Assembly (NCBI RefSeq): GCF_009914755.1
Contig: NC_060938.1
From: the human T2T-CHM13v2.0 reference genome, Homo sapiens
Reading direction: 5' to 3' (one strand)
Length of the DNA stretch: 64,000 nt
Shown here: one piece after another, positions 44,396 to 56,336 of the stretch
Numbering within the stretch: the stretch's first letter is position 1
How the letters are laid out: each line of letters starts with the position of its first letter
Notes under the pieces: model-generated
Database searches by the model: none
What the model saw: only the letters and a program-made list of their open reading frames with translations
Told to the model about the DNA's origin: nothing
Made by a program: the position numbers and the translations under genes

Positions 44396-45099
44396 TCATT
44401 AAAAAAATCATTCTAATGAACTGAACTGATGCTTACTTTCAGAATATCTGAAATTCAAGTTGATTCATGCTAATAATTTGTTTTGCTTTCCTGCTAAACT
44501 AATTAATACTGTGAATTCACAGAGCAAAAACAATGTGAGAGTTATGGCTTTTGGTTTAATGTTTTCCAGCAGAATTTAATATTTTAATATCCTGTCTAAT
44601 TCAATTTTTAGCTTCTCCAATTGTGAGAAGTTATGTAAACAAAATCACAAATTTAAAATATTTACATAAACTGAAATTAAAGTCTACATTTTTACTTTAA
44701 AAACATAAATGAATGATGATGTATTTTTATTTATAAAATGTATATATCTAAAAACACTTTCTTTCTTTGTTTTTGAGGTCAGAAACAGAAGCTTTGCACT
44801 GTTAGGAGAAAAGCTTTTTTGTTTGCTTATCTTTTTGTGTTTTTTGTTTTCTTGTTGTGTTTTGTTTTTGGGCTTTTTGGCATTTACAGTCTCACAATTC
44901 TATCACAAAAATTAAAAAATAACATACAGCATTATTGGCATTTCTTATAAAACCTGTAACAAAAGATAATGTAATTAGGCAATAAACCATAGGCTCTAGA
45001 GAGGGGAATTAAAGTGGAATTAGTACAGAGAAAAAAATTACTTTCACATGAACTTTAAAAATATATGTGGAGTGAAATTCTAAGGAAAACCGTATTATT

Positions 45100-45305
45100 T
45101 GGAATTTAGATATATGAGTTCAATTCTGAATTCACAGGTGGTATAACCTGGGGCCAGTGACTTTCCAGATCTGACTTACAGTTTCTTATTGAAAACTGAA
45201 GAGAATGTCCTACTCAGCTTACCTGCCAGGATTCTTGTGAGATCAAATAACATAACTGACTCACATGAGGGCTATTTTTAAATCGCAAAATGTTATGCAA
45301 ATGTA
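45100..45305 (+). mobile_element. MIR
   Basis: atgagttcaattctg...acctggggccagtgact...ggattcttgtgagatcaaataa. Confidence 0.6.
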
Positions 45306-46264
45306 AATGTAAGACTTCTGTTAGGCTTAATGAATATGCATCATGACATTGTTAATAGGAACTGGAATTTTTAGACTGAAAGGAAAAATGTAGATAATGA
45401 AGTGATTTTAATGGTATGTCCATGAAACTTACAGCTCATTTTTTTAAATTCTAATGGCTAACACAGTACAGCATCAGTCCCAGTCAGTAAATGCTTGAAT
45501 AAAAGCAAAAACATCAAAAATATTATTTTTAAAAATTTCTGTTCCTACTGCCAGTGGCCTCATTCAGCATGGCCTACTTTGATGGCCTTTGAGCCAAACA
45601 ACTTCTCTTTGTATTCTAACCCATCCACCTCAGTAGTATTGTGTATTATCTTTCTAAAGCCCATTCATTGATCTGCAATACTCCATGTCTCCTCATTGCT
45701 CTAGAAAAATTCTAAATTTTTCAACATAATATTAAAACATCCAACTTACCTTTCCATGTCTATTTCTACTACTCCATCATACAAGTTATGTCTCAGCTAA
45801 AATTGGTTACTACTTTTTAAATGAACATATACTGCTTTTTTCTGCTTAAGAATGATAAGTAGTAGCTATTATGACAAAGCAGCAAGTGCGCATTTACCTC
45901 TTACAAAATAGTATTGCATTGGCAGCTCTACATAAAAGAAAATGAAAAAAGTTTGAGTACATATTTTCAAATTACTAACAATAGCATTCAGTAAATGAGA
46001 ATTACCCAAGAAAAGACACTGGGCTATTATAGATAAATTACTGGTTTAGATTATTAGTTTATTGGGAATTTTAAAAATAAAGAATCCTGAGTATTGACAG
46101 GCAATCCTCGAGAGTAAACAGAGCTTGAGTTAGATCTTGATTTATAACAGGGCATATCTGTGTATTGTCTGCATACAAGTGAACATTCTGATTCAGAACA
46201 AAAAAATGAAAAATATCTAATGGGCAAAATGATTGTGGTAATGAATGTCCCACAGTTTTTGATT

Positions 46265-47000
46265 TATTTATGAATTTAACAAATATTTACTGATCACCAT
46301 GTACCAGGTACTTTTCAACCCACTAGGCATAAAGCAGAAAAGAAAACAAGCCCTTGCTCTCAAAGAGCTTCTGTTTTTGTGGCAGCAGGCTGATCAAAAC
46401 AGAGAAACAAAAAGACTTAATAGATAGCAGACAATGCTAGGAAGAATAATAAAGCTGAGGATGGTGCTGGGAAGTGATGGAAGCAGGATGGTAGCTGTTT
46501 TATACAGGGAAGTCAGGGAAGGCCTCCCTGGTGAGTGCATGTCTGAGAGAGACCTGTGCACTTGGGGAGAGTGAGTCATGTGCCTACCTGGGAGAAGGCC
46601 AGTCTAGAGGATAGGAAATGCCAACACCCAGGAACAAGAGCATGCTTGAAATGTTCTGGAACAGTAACAGGGCCTTGCAGCTATACAGAGAGAGCATGTG
46701 AGGGAAAAGAGAGGTAGGAGGTGTGTTTAGAGAGGTAGCAGTGAATATGATCATGGAGGGCCTTTAGACCAGCAGATGGACTTTGGATGCTATTCTGGGA
46801 AAGACAGGATGTTGGAATTGGCTGTGAGCAGACAGGTAACATGATCTGACCTGGGTTTAAATTAATCACACTGACTGTTGCTGAGAATAGACTTTGGGAG
46901 GCTCAAGGAGGAAAGAACAGTGAGGAGGAAAGAGTAATAATAACAATCAGGTGAGAGAAGTCAGGGCTGGCTTAGGGCCGAAGCAGCAGTGATAGTGAGA
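46265..47000 (-). mobile_element. L2 3' region
   Basis: atttaacaaatatttactgatcaccatgtaccagg...gtcagggaaggcctccctgg...acatgatctgacctggg. Confidence 0.8.
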
Positions 47001-47229
47001 CTGGCCCTTTACTGATGCCCTGCTGCATTTGCCATAAAGCAAAACTTCACTTGGCCCAAAGGCTTTTGCTGTGTGATTCCGCCTGTGTCTCCAACCACAT
47101 TTGGCTCCTCCTCTCTTGTTCCCGTTACTCTCCATGCTAATTTTTTCTGTGCAGTCTTTCAGCATAGGATCTTTGTAGGGGTTATTTTCTCTGGTATAAA
47201 TATTCTTCCTGTCCTTATTCACCTAATTA

Positions 47230-47515
47230 AATCAGTGTCATCTTTTACATTTTAGTTTTCCATGGAAGCTCTCTCCAATTTACCCACTGTGTCGAATTCT
47301 CTGAATATGCTTCTCACATGTTGTATTTATACCTCAGAGCAGTATCCATAGTTGAAATTTTGCATGTATTTATAAGACTCTTTGCATATTATTAGTCTCT
47401 CCAGTCAGACTATGAGAGTGATGAGGGAAGGAACAAAAAGGTTTTCTCTGTTCACCATTAACTACCTCAATGCCTACTATAGTGCCTATATTTGTTGAGA
47501 AAGAAGGAATGAACA
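47230..47515 (+). mobile_element. L2 3' end
   Basis: cagactatgagag...ttcaccatt...atatttgttgagaaagaaggaatgaa. Confidence 0.6.
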
Positions 47516-47818
47516 TCCAGCAGGTAGTGGAACGGATCTCATGCATTCAGACTTGTATTTGGCAGGAGGATACATGGATTGGTGTGTCTTTGTATTGAAA
47601 CTGAAGGGCTTTCATTTCTTCATCTATAAAATTCAGAATTTTGGAATTGCTGGGGTAATAGAGTGTTAGTTTTCCTCATCCTCTAAAATTTCAGCCAAGA
47701 GTAACATTACAGACAACACTAATGTCCCCTTTTGATTATGGTGTGATACTTATGTCATTACAATTACTTTTTGTTTTTAGATTAAGGAGAATGAGAAGTC
47801 TGAAAAATATAAGTATGC

Positions 47819-48110
47819 AACTGGGTGTGGTGGCTCATGCCTGTAATCCCAGCACTTTGGGAGGCCCAGCACTTGAGCCGAGGTTTTGAGCTCGGCCTGG
47901 GAAACGCGATGAAACATCATCTCTACTAAAAATACGAAAAATCAAACGGGCATGGTGGTATGTGCCTGTAGTCCCAGCTACCCTGAAGGCTAAGATGCAA
48001 GGATCACTTGAGCCTGGGAGTTCGGGGCTGCAGTGAGCCAAGATTGCACCACTGCACTCAAGACTGTGTGACAAAATGAGACCCTGTCTCAAAAACAAAA
48101 CAGAATAAAA
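47819..48110 (+). mobile_element. AluJ
   Basis: ctgggtgtggtggctcatgcctgtaatcccagc...gagaccctgtctc followed by an A-rich tail. Flanks ataagtatg / ataagtacg. Confidence 0.9.
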
Positions 48111-48781
48111 TAAGTACGTACCATAGAAGTAGAATAGATTACCAATGAAAATGGGCACGAATGATGTAGAGCTAATTAAGATAAGAAAGCTTGAGAGGTA
48201 AGTTTCAGTGGCTCTGTGTAGGGGCAGAGGGGACTGGTGCCTCCATGTGGTGAAATAAGAGGTGTGTGCTCAGGAATCAGGATTCTGGGGCCTGAAAACA
48301 GTAGACAGAGCCTAGAGAATACTCATGAGTCAAACAGGTTTCTCAATTGTTATCCCAAATGAAAGACGAGACTAGCCCTTTATGGTTCATTTAGCACCCA
48401 GGAAAGTGGTCAGTTCAGAAGCTCAACACTGGCCTATTTCAAGAACCAAGGAAAATGTCCATCCAGTCACTGAGCACAAAGACATTAGCCCCAAAATATT
48501 TGAAGGAAAAAACCAGGACAGGAAAATATACACTGCTGATGTTTATCCAATTAATAAGCTTGAATCTGCTTGTTGTGTTTAGGTATGTTTGGGAAGAATG
48601 GTGATAACACTGAAAATCGGAGCAAATCAGGATTAATTCTGAACAAAATTTTCACAGGTGCCAGTGCAATGAGGGCAATAAGAAGAAAACTGCTTGAGAT
48701 TACAGCTGCATTTCCTTTAGAAAATATAATTCTAAATCATTTAGAAAATATAATGTAATTATACTCTGACATATTAAATCA

Positions 48782-49139
48782 TGTTATGGACTGACTTGTG
48801 CCCCCTCAAAATTTACTGGTTGAAGCCCTAACCCTCAATGGGACTGTATTTGGAGATAGAGCCTTTAAGGAAACAACTGAAGTTAAATGAGGCCATCTGG
48901 GTGAAGCCCTAATTCAATAGGACTGACGTCCTTATAAGAAGAGGAAGAGACACCAGGGATATATGCATACAGAAGAAAGACTATGTGAGGACAGGGTGAG
49001 GAGCCGCCCAGGAAAAAGGCCTCACTGGATGTTTCTGACACCTTGATCTTGGATTTCTAGCCTCCAGAACTGTGAGAAAATAAATTTTTGTTGTTTAAGC
49101 CACATTATTTTGTTATGGAAGCCCAATTTGACTAACACA
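48782..49139 (+). mobile_element. MLT1B-like solo LTR
   Basis: tgttatggactg...gtatttggagatagagcctttaagg...cctccagaactgtgagaaaataaa...actaacaca. Confidence 0.85.
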
Positions 49140-50729
49140 GGTAAAAACAAAATGTTTCTTCTCTCATATGGATTTATGGGATTCCCATCTCTTCAATATC
49201 CATTTCTCTCAATACCACCAGAAGAACTCATGGGAAACATCTTTAATTCAACAATGTGTTCTCTCACTTTGAGAAATAATGAATGAAAATGTGTAAGGAA
49301 AGATAGTCCAGGAAATGGGAGCAAGATAATTAAGGATACAACCATGTGTCTCATGTGTCATGCCTGAGACATAAGCTGTGCATAGATTATGGGGATATAA
49401 TATACGTGGCTGCTGTGTTAAAAATGTAATAGTTTTGTGAGCCGCACCAGAGGTTGGCGTGGGAATTGGAAAATATGAGTACTTCTGAATGGTAGCAAAC
49501 AGTCTATTTAAATAAAAGCATACAAAACAAAACAAATAAACATTTATTGAGCTGATTGGATAACAGTTTTTATGAATGAGATCACGGTCTTATCTCGATG
49601 CTGTGGTCAGTAGCACCAGGTTACAAATAAGCCCTTCCACTCACTTTGTTTGAATTGGGATTTGTTTCCCAATTTGCTCCAACACCTGGGCTTCCTAACT
49701 AGTCACTGTTGGAAATTCTGCAGCATAACCCTAGAAACAACATTAGTGACATTATTTATATCCCAGAGAGAAAGAGTCTTTAAATAATGCACACACTCCT
49801 TTGACCTGCCCTCCATTTCCTTTTTTCTTTTTAAAACCATGAAATTATTTCAGCTCTACCAAATTTCCTGGGAAATGAAAAGTCAATGAAGTTTTTCATC
49901 TGACTGGATAACATTTTGAACCATTAGGCAACAAACTGAAGTTGGTTTCCAAGCATTTACTATTTCTTGTTGTCATTAATACTTTCCTATTGACAATAAT
50001 AGCATTTGTCACATGAAACTTAATATTATTCAGTACAATAAGGCAGAATAAAGGAAGGAAATAAAGGGCTTCCTGTGTTTCTTTGTAACCCGTAATAAAC
50101 CACATGGAACCTATATTATTGAATCTAGAAAGAGGTGTTTTCTTTGATTATATTCCTTGTATTATTTCAGAGCATCACTTGTCATGAGACTAAGATTTGG
50201 ACACAGGACATTTTGGAATCTTAAAGGGCAGGAACTGATGAAGCAAAACCTATGAATTCAACTGGAGATTAACTAGTATAACAAACAGAAGATGAAAAAA
50301 CAAAACAAACAAACAAAAAACACCTAGAAGGTAGTGGCCAAAGACACATGGATCAGATTAGCTTCAGTATATAAAGGGTCCATTATAACTGGGTAGTAGA
50401 ATATGTAGAGCAGGGACTTCCTTTGAATTTAGTAACAATCATCTTCCATAAAATCCCTCAGATAACAGGTAGGTTGAAAACTCTAGAGAGGAGAGATCTC
50501 TAAAGTTCTAGAAAGTAGTTCAGGTTCTAGCAAAAAGGCAGGTTCCTCTTCCAGCATGGAACTAAGAGGGTATTCAGGAGACACAGGCAGAAACTTAGTA
50601 GGAAGCACTAGACAAATACAGCTGGACTGACAAGAGTCTAGCATCCTGGTAGACGCATAGACTCCCAGGTCCTAAATTTAAGTCCGCCAGACACATTTTC
50701 AATATCTTCTGATGGTAAGCTTCAGTGTC

Positions 50730-51120
50730 TCTAAAATGTTGACAACAATAAGAATCCCATTGAAAACCTGTTAATGTAAGAATTATCTTCCAGTAATTCT
50801 AGAATTAACCTGAGATTCTTCATTTCAAACAGGTTCCCAGGTGATGATGATGAGTCCACAGAATACACCTTGAGAAGCAAGGTTTTAGAGGTTATTCTGT
50901 TTTCAATCTTCTTACAAAACTTAAATTTATTGTATTTTTTTTTTTTTTTTACTAAATTGATCATGGGAAACATGTAAAGACTGCTCAAATGAAAATTTGC
51001 GCACCTCAGCTCGGGTGAATCAAATTCAGTAGGTGTGAAGTGGAGCCTAAGGATCTGGTTGGTTGCTGCTGAATTTTAAGTATTCCAAGGATTATGAAGT
51101 GCAGTTTAGCACTACTTTCC
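50730..51120. mobile_element. Two MER5-like hAT-Charlie remnants (about 50730-50885 and 50955-51120)
   Basis: caaacaggttcccaggtgatg...accttgagaagca and aattcagtaggtgtgaagtggagcctaaggatctg. Confidence 0.6.
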
Positions 51121-51377
51121 AGGGCACGAAATAAACCTGAGACAGCAGGTCGAGGATTTTCTTCTTATTATCTGCCAGCAGTCTCTGTGTATGGCTAGAG
51201 AATGAAGTGATTACAGTGTTCACTTTTTAAAATAATGTTATTTTGTAAAAAGTTTATTGCTCTACTCTCAGCAATCAATAGAACTACTAGACATAAAATC
51301 AGCAGAAAGTAGAACTGAAAAACACAATCAAGCAACAGATTCTCATTTACATATACAGAATATTCCACCCAACAATA

Positions 51378-51546
51378 CAGATACTCAACTTACCATGATG
51401 GGGTCACGTTCCAATATCTTAAATTTATGATGAGTTTATCAAGACACAACCCCATCATAAGTTGAGGAGTGTACTGGATGCATATTGTTTTTCAATCATC
51501 TTAAAGTCAAAAAAATTATAACTCAAAACAGGTCAGGACTGTCTTG
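51378..51546. mobile_element. MER47 (Tigger5-type) MITE with an internal inverted copy of its 5' end
   Basis: cagatactcaacttac..atgatgggg, then inverted accccatcataagttgaggag, then the MER47-like 3' end aaagtcaaaaaaattataactc...ggactgtct. Confidence 0.7.
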
Positions 51547-51696
51547 TGTGTGTGTGTGTGTGTCTGTGTGTGTGTATACACATACATATGTATCACTCTC
51601 CCCAACTCTTTCCCCTATCCACATATATGTATACATATATATAATATGTGTGTGTGTGTATATATATGTGTGTGTGTGAACACACACACACGCACA
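51545..51696. repeat. (TG)n/(TA)n/(CA)n compound microsatellite
   Basis: Direct reading. Confidence 0.85.
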
Positions 51697-52130
51697 CCAA
51701 AGGACAAAATTATAGCAAAAATTTAAAGATATAAATTGGGTTTATTTGTGATTCTAGAATCAGGCAACATTTTATTCCGTAAAAGAGAATAAATATTCCA
51801 ATGAGCTGAGCAAGAGTTTGTTTTTATAGACAGAGAAGGGCTGAAGAAAGTAGAAATAAGGAACAAAAAGGGGATTGGTAACCTCAAAGTTGCGTTCTTT
51901 ATTAAGTGGAAATAGGGAAACGGAACAATACAGAGATAGCTGATTGGTTAACACCAGGTTATTTCAGATTACCTTTTTCTTTGTTAGGATTAAACCAGAG
52001 AGGACTTAATTGAGATCCCAACTGAAACTGGCCTGTTTGGGAAATAAGACTCTTATCTCTCTCTTCTGATTTATCCAAAGGTCAGATAATAACTCAAATT
52101 CTGTTTGGAATCTTGGCATGAATGACGCCA
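51697..52130 (-). mobile_element. MER67-like ERV1 LTR
   Basis: tgaaactggcctgtttgggaaat...tatctctctcttctgattt...aaggtcagataa...gcatgaatgac matches a recalled MER67 consensus. Confidence 0.7.
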
Positions 52131-52441
52131 TAAATATTTTATATATAAATTATCATAAATTATGTTATGTTTTATAGAATATATAAAGTATTATTTTATA
52201 TTTTATAAAATATATAGTAAAATAATTTACAAATTAAAATTTTTCAAAGGTTTATAAATTATTATTTTATATAGTTGATATAATATATAATAAACTAAAA
52301 ATAATATATAATAGTAAATATATATTAATGTATATAGTTTATATAAATTATAATATATATTTATAATATAATACATAATATATAATTTTATATAACAATG
52401 TATACATTTTAATAATTTCTATCTAATAATATACATATATA
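52130..52441. repeat. ~310-bp almost pure A/T low-complexity tract
   Basis: Direct reading. Confidence 0.9.
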
Positions 52442-52470
52442 GTGCCTATGAGAAAATTCACCAAGGTAGC

Positions 52471-52849
52471 TGTATTAGTCTGTTCTCACGCTGCTAATGA
52501 AGACATACCTAAGACTGGGTAATTTATAAAGGAAAAACGTTTAATTCACTCACAATTCAGCATGGCTGGGGAGGCCTCAGGAAACAACAGTCATGGCGGA
52601 AGAAGGACAAACACATCCTTCTTCACATAATGGCTGCAAGAAGAAGTGCCAAACGAAGGGAGGAAAAGCCACTTATAAAACCAACGGATCTCGTGAGAAC
52701 TCACTCACTATCAGGAGAACAGCATGAGCATGAGAGTAACCACGCCCATGATTTAATTACCTCCCACCTGGTCCTCTCACAACACGTGGTGATTATGGGA
52801 ACTACAATACAAGATAAAATTCGGGTGGGGACACAGCAAAACCATATCA
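52471..52849 (-). mobile_element. THE1C/D-like solo LTR
   Basis: Perfect TSD GTAGC at 52466-52470 and 52850-52854, with THE1 termini. Confidence 0.93.
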
Positions 52850-54055
52850 GTAGCTCATATAATGGGCCATAAAAGAAACCTCAATCAATTTTGTAAAATT
52901 GAAATCATAGATAGTATTTTGTCTGACTCTAATACAATAGAACTAGAGACCAATATTAGAAAGACAACAGAACTATCTCTGGAAATTTGAAAATTACACA
53001 GTATACTTCTAAATTATTTATAAGTCAATAGTAAATCTAAAGAAAGTTTAAAAAATATGTTTTACTAAGTGAAAATGTAATATAGATAAATAAGTAGAAA
53101 CAGCTAAAGCACTGTTGAGATAGAAATTTATGATACTAAATGCTGACATTAGGAAAAAGGAAATGTTTTGAATCAATTATTTGAGTTTGTATCTCAAATA
53201 GCAAAATATATCCAACACAAGCAGAAGAAAGGACATTGTAGAGAAACACAGAATTCAATGAAACTGAAGATAGAAAAACAATAGAGAAAAAGCAATTGAG
53301 AAAAATCAATGTAGCAAAAAACTCATTCTGCATAATCAACAAAATTGATCAAAACCCCAGCAAGGCTGACAAAGATAAAAAGATGAAAAAGTCACCAATA
53401 TCAGAAATGAAACAAGGGATATTACTAATAACCCTGAAGCCATTACAAGATAATAAGGGAATACAATAAGAAACTCTAGGCTCATAAATTTGATAATTTG
53501 GAAGAAATGGATCAATTCCTGAAAAACCACAAACTAACAATATTCAAACAAAATGAAAGAAACAAGCTGAATACTCCTATAATTACTAAATAAATTAAAT
53601 TTATAAATTAAAATCTCCTGAAAATAAATTCCAGGCCCAGAGTGTTTTATTGAGGGAAACTATCAAATAATTAAAGAAGAACTATGACCAACTTTACACA
53701 ATCTTTTCCATAAAACAGAACAGGAAGAAACACTTACCAACTCATTTCAAATAAAAGAAGCAAAATAAAAAAGTAAAAAAGGGAAAAAGAAGATAGAAAA
53801 AGTGAAAAAGTACAGACAAATATATTTCATTAACTTGGACATAATAATCCTCATCAAAATATTGGTGATTAAATCCAGAAATGAATAAAAATAACCATTC
53901 ACAAAAACCAAGTGGAATTTGTTCCAGGTATACAATGTTTCAATATTCTAAAATCAACTAGTACAGTCTACCATATTAGCAGGTTAAAGATGAAAAATTG
54001 TATGATTTTATCAAATACTACAGAAAAAAGCATGTTAAAAAATACAATATGTATC

Positions 54056-54409
54056 TGATATGGTTTCGCTGTGTCCCCACACAAATCTCATCTTCAACTG
54101 TAGTTCCCGTAATTTCTAAGTGTCCTACCAGTGGGAGGTAATTGAATCCTCAGAGTGGATGTTTCCCATGCTGTTCTTGTGGTAGTGAATAAGTCTCATG
54201 AGATCTGATGGTTTTATAAAGGGCAGTTCCCCTGCAGATGCTCCCTTCCTGCTGCCATGTAAGATGTGTCTTGCTTCCCCTTTGCCTTCCACCATGATTG
54301 TGAGGCCTCCCCAGCCATGTGGAACTGTGAGCCCATTAAACCTCTGTCTTGTATAAGTTATCCCATCTTGGGTATGTCTTTATAAGAAGCATGAGAACAG
54401 ACTAATACA
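54056..54409 (+). mobile_element. THE1C/D-like solo LTR
   Basis: Perfect TSD GTATC at 54051-54055 and 54410-54414. Confidence 0.93.
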
Positions 54410-54559
54410 GTATCAATTATAAAACTCTCAGAAAACTAAAAATTGATGACAACTTTCTCAACTATATAAACAGCATCTACAAAAGAAAACCTATAGATTA
54501 TGTTATACTTAACAGTGAATAACTGAATGTTTATGATATAACATTGGAAATAAGGGAAG

Positions 54560-55064
54560 GGTATTAGTTTTCTACCACTGCTAAAGTGAAGTGCCACAGA
54601 TTTTGTGGCTTAGAACAATTTATATTTATTATCTTACTGTTTTGGTGTTCCAAAGTATGACATCAGTTTCGCTGGGCTAAAATCAAGGGGTTAGCAGCAG
54701 TAACTCATTCTGCAAACTCCAGAAAACAATCTGTTCCATGCTTCTTCCAACTTCTAGAGGTCACAGGAATCTCTTTTCCTACATCTTCATAGCCAGCAAT
54801 GCTTAGCTGAGTCTTTCTCACACTGGATCACCCTGACATTCCTTTTCTATAGTAAAATCTCTTTCTGTCTCTCTGTTATAAAGACATTTATGATTACCTT
54901 AGGCATGCAGAATAATCTAGAATAATCTCCCCATCTCAACATCCTCAAATTAATCACATGTGAAAACATCTTTGTACCATGTAAGGTGACATATTCACAG
55001 GTTCCAGGGGTTAGATATTGTTATCTTCAGGAGGGTGGGAGGGAGCATTATTCAGCCTACTACA
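54560..55064 (-). mobile_element. MLT1D/E-like solo LTR
   Basis: gtattagttttct...ctgggctaaaatcaagg...ccatgtaaggtgacatattcacaggttccagggg...attcagcctactaca. Confidence 0.82.
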
Positions 55065-56016
55065 GCAAAGATATGGTAGGCTCTTATGACTCTTATTTAA
55101 TACAGTACAGAAGTGTTCAGACAAATATGGTAAGAAAATGAATTAAGCTATACATAGTGGAAAGGAGCAAATAAAACTGTTTCTTTGTGGAGCTGACATG
55201 ATTGTTCATGTAGAACGATTCAGGAAATCAAAAAAAGTTTTCTAAAATTAATAATGAGTTCAGCAAGATCACAGATGCAAGATCAACAAACAAAAATTAA
55301 TTGCATTTTTATATATGAACAGGTGGGGGCTGAAATTAAAAATACAATATCATTTACAATCACTGCAAAGCAAATGAATTCCTTAAGTGTCAAGTTAACA
55401 CATGTGCAGAATCCAGATGCTGAAAATTACAAAATACGGATGAATTGAAGCAAAGGAGATCCACACAAATAGAAAGACATTGTATGTTCATGAATTGAAA
55501 GACTTATAGTAAAGATATTGATTATTCCCATATTCATCTATAGTCTTAATGCAATTTCTATATAATTCTGGCAAAGATTTTAAAGATATAGACAAATTCA
55601 TTTTAAATTTGTATGGAAAGGCACATACTCTCAAACAGCTAAAATGATCTTGAAAAAATAAAAGAACGAGAATCACTATCTGATTTGAGAGATTATGGTA
55701 CCTAAGATACTGTGGTATTGGTAGAAGAGAAGAAACATAACCCAGTGGAACAGAATATAGAACACAGAAAAAGACCCAAGTAAATATTCAGAACATTTTT
55801 TTTGGACAGTGATACAAAAGTAATCCGATGGGGAGAAGAATAGCCTTTCAACAAATAGTACTGGAGAAATTAGATATCCATAGGAAAAAAAAAAGAGAGA
55901 GAGAGAGTGAGAGAGAGAGAGACAAAGAACTCTGACCTAAATCTGTACAAAATCTATATAAAAATTATCTCAAAAGATCTCACAATCTTTAATATAAAAT
56001 ATAAAACTATAAAACT

Positions 56017-56336
56017 TGATATGGTTTGGCTTTGTCCCTTGGCTGTGTCCCCACCCAAATCTCATCTTGAATTGTAACTGCCACAATTCCTACATGTCAT
56101 GGGAGGAACCTGGTGGGAGGTAATTGAATCATGAGATCTGATGGTTTTAAAAATGGGCGTTTCCCTGCACAAGCTCTCATCTCTTTTCTCCTTCCATATG
56201 AGACATGCTTTTCACTTTCCATCATGATTGTGAGGCTTTTCCAGCCACATGGAACTGTAGATCCATTAAACTGATTTTTATTTGTAAATTGCCCAGTCTC
56301 TGGTATGTCTTTTTCAGCAGCGTGAAAACTAATACA
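56017..56336 (+). mobile_element. THE1B-like solo LTR with an internal deletion
   Basis: tgatatggtttggc...ctaataca. TSD AAACT/GAACT. Confidence 0.92.

Noticed and set aside
50150-50730. Possible old LTR
   Set aside because: I could not identify termini or a family, so it is left uncalled.
52471-56336. Three THE1 LTRs as one provirus
   Set aside because: Each has its own TSD, orientations differ, and the intervening DNA is L1.
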